From Actinomycetota bacterium (GTDB lineage: Bacteria; Actinomycetota; Acidimicrobiia; Spongiisociales; UBA4744): DNA of 38,335 nt. Below the pieces are notes generated by a model that worked only from the letters and a program-made list of their open reading frames with translations, had not been told where the DNA came from and searched no databases. A program made the position numbers and the translations under genes. The stretch covers positions 1-38,335 of the forward strand of contig JAADGS010000014.1 in NCBI GenBank assembly GCA_013152275.1. The letters are read 5' to 3'. Shown here one piece after another: positions 36,942 through 38,335 of this stretch (the first letter of the stretch is position 1; every line of letters starts with the position of its first letter).

Positions 36942-38335
36942 ATGATGCAACGGATCAGAGCCGCGTGGTACTGGCTGATGCACCCGGAGGGGACCCTGAC
37001 CAATCGGGCGGTCAACGCCGGAGTGTGGGCCTTCGCATTGACCATGACCACACGCGGGCTGCGAACCGTGCGCGTCATCGTGCTCGCCAGGCTGCTGTCA
37101 CCGGACGATTTCGGTCTGATGGGAATCGCGCTGCTGACGCTCGCATTCCTCAACGCTTTCACGACCACAGGGTTCAACCAGGCCCTCATCCAGCGTGAAG
37201 GGGACATCAGAGGCCACCTCGATGCCGCCTGGACCGTTTCCATTCTGCGCGGGCTCCTGATCGGTGGCCTCATCATCGCCGGCGCTCCGATCGTGGCAGG
37301 CTTCTTCCACACCGCGTCGGCGGTCGGCATCCTGCGTGTCATGGGGGCCAGCATGATGATCTCGGGTTTGAAGAACGTCGGTGTCGTGTTCTTCGACAAG
37401 GACCTCCAATTCCGGCAGCGGTTCACCTTCCGGTCCATCCCACAAGTCATCGACCTCATCGTCGCCGTCACCGCCGCAATCATCCTCCGCAACGTGTGGG
37501 CACTGGTCTTCGGTGTCCTCGCACGCGAGATCTCGACGACGGTCGCCTCCTATATCGCGCATCCGTACCGACCTCACCTCAACTTCGACCGCCAAAAGAT
37601 GCGCGAACTGCTGAGCTTCGGTATCTGGATCTTCGGCTCTGCGATCCTTTCGTACTTCAGCGCCAACCTCGACGACATCGCCGTCGGACGAGTGCTCGAT
37701 GCGACCATGCTCGGCTTCTACACCACCGCGTACACCCTGTCTTCGATCACGAGCCAACAGATGACGGGAGTCATCACCGAGGTCGCATTCCCGGCGTTCT
37801 CGAAACTTCAAAGTGACAAGGACCGGCTTCGTAGCGCGTACCTTCGGACCTTGCGCGCCGTCGCGCTGGTCGCGTTTCCGGTTGCCGCAGGCCTGTGGTT
37901 CGTGGGCCCACAGTTGGTCGGCACGTTCATGGGCACCAAATGGCTGCCGTTGATCCCCGCCTTCAACGTCTTGCTGCTGTGGGGCCTGCTTCGATCGATC
38001 GGGTCGACAACCAGCCCGCTTCTCTTCGCCGCGGGAAGGCCGGACATCAACACCAAGCTCCACCTCGTGACTGTGGTCTTGTTGGCGGTGGTGATCTATC
38101 CGTTCACGACCGCCGGAGGTATCGTCGGAGCGGCCTGGGCAACGATCGTTGCCGGTCTCTTCCCCGTCGGGTACCTGCTGCTCCTCACCGGACGGTTCCT
38201 CAAAGCTCCCCGGTGGACCATCTTTCGAACCATCACGATACCGGCGGCAGCTTCACTCGTCATGACCGGTGTGCTGGTCCTCGCCCGAGATCCTCTCGGA
38301 TTCACCTCCGGTCCGTGGCTGCTCGGATGGGGACC
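36942..38335 (+). CDS. wzx: Wzx-type polysaccharide flippase (WzxC-like), runs off the window end
   Basis: Absent from the ORF track (no stop in window). Hand translation gives MMQRIRAAW..VIVLARLLSPDDFGLMGIA..GFNQALIQRE..LLSFGIW..LGFYTTAY..VAFPAFSKLQ. Confidence 0.9.
   Translation, partial: MMQRIRAAWYWLMHPEGTLTNRAVNAGVWAFALTMTTRGLRTVRVIVLARLLSPDDFGLMGIALLTLAFLNAFTTTGFNQALIQREGDIRGHLDAAWTVSILRGLLIGGLIIAGAPIVAGFFHTASAVGILRVMGASMMISGLKNVGVVFFDKDLQFRQRFTFRSIPQVIDLIVAVTAAIILRNVWALVFGVLAREISTTVASYIAHPYRPHLNFDRQKMRELLSFGIWIFGSAILSYFSANLDDIAVGRVLDATMLGFYTTAYTLSSITSQQMTGVITEVAFPAFSKLQSDKDRLRSAYLRTLRAVALVAFPVAAGLWFVGPQLVGTFMGTKWLPLIPAFNVLLLWGLLRSIGSTTSPLLFAAGRPDINTKLHLVTVVLLAVVIYPFTTAGGIVGAAWATIVAGLFPVGYLLLLTGRFLKAPRWTIFRTITIPAAASLVMTGVLVLARDPLGFTSGPWLLGWG

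Noticed and set aside
20487..38335. Integrative element or prophage at tRNA-Leu
   Set aside because: No integrase, transposase, phage gene or duplicated tRNA 3' end was seen in the window.

Overview
High-GC actinobacterial DNA, most plausibly Acidimicrobiia-like (inferred from gene order, CWB2 and LPFTG surface proteins, and tRNAs without encoded CCA). Bases 1-17.4 kb are a conserved minus-strand housekeeping block: tRNA-Pro/Gly/Arg/His, tig-clpP-clpX, valS-folC-ndk, mreB-mreC-mreD-mrdA-rodA. It is interrupted between clpX and valS by two duplicated cassettes, each made of a sigma70 promoter, a c-di-GMP-II-type riboswitch and an LPFTG-anchored SdrD-B surface protein. Bases 17.5-20.5 kb hold a degenerate LAGLIDADG-like ORF, tRNA-Lys, a coupled pair encoding a eukaryote-like 3-ketodihydrosphingosine reductase and a serine palmitoyltransferase (candidate sphingoid-base pathway, the top finding), and tRNA-Leu. 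Bases 20.8 kb to the end are a surface-polysaccharide locus: priming sugar transferase, a CDP-sugar/C-methyltransferase module, a frameshifted CWB2/Ig-like surface protein, three tandem asparagine-synthase-like paralogs and a truncated Wzx flippase. Two families of REP-like palindromic repeats are present. All calls come from reading motifs by eye; no searches were run.
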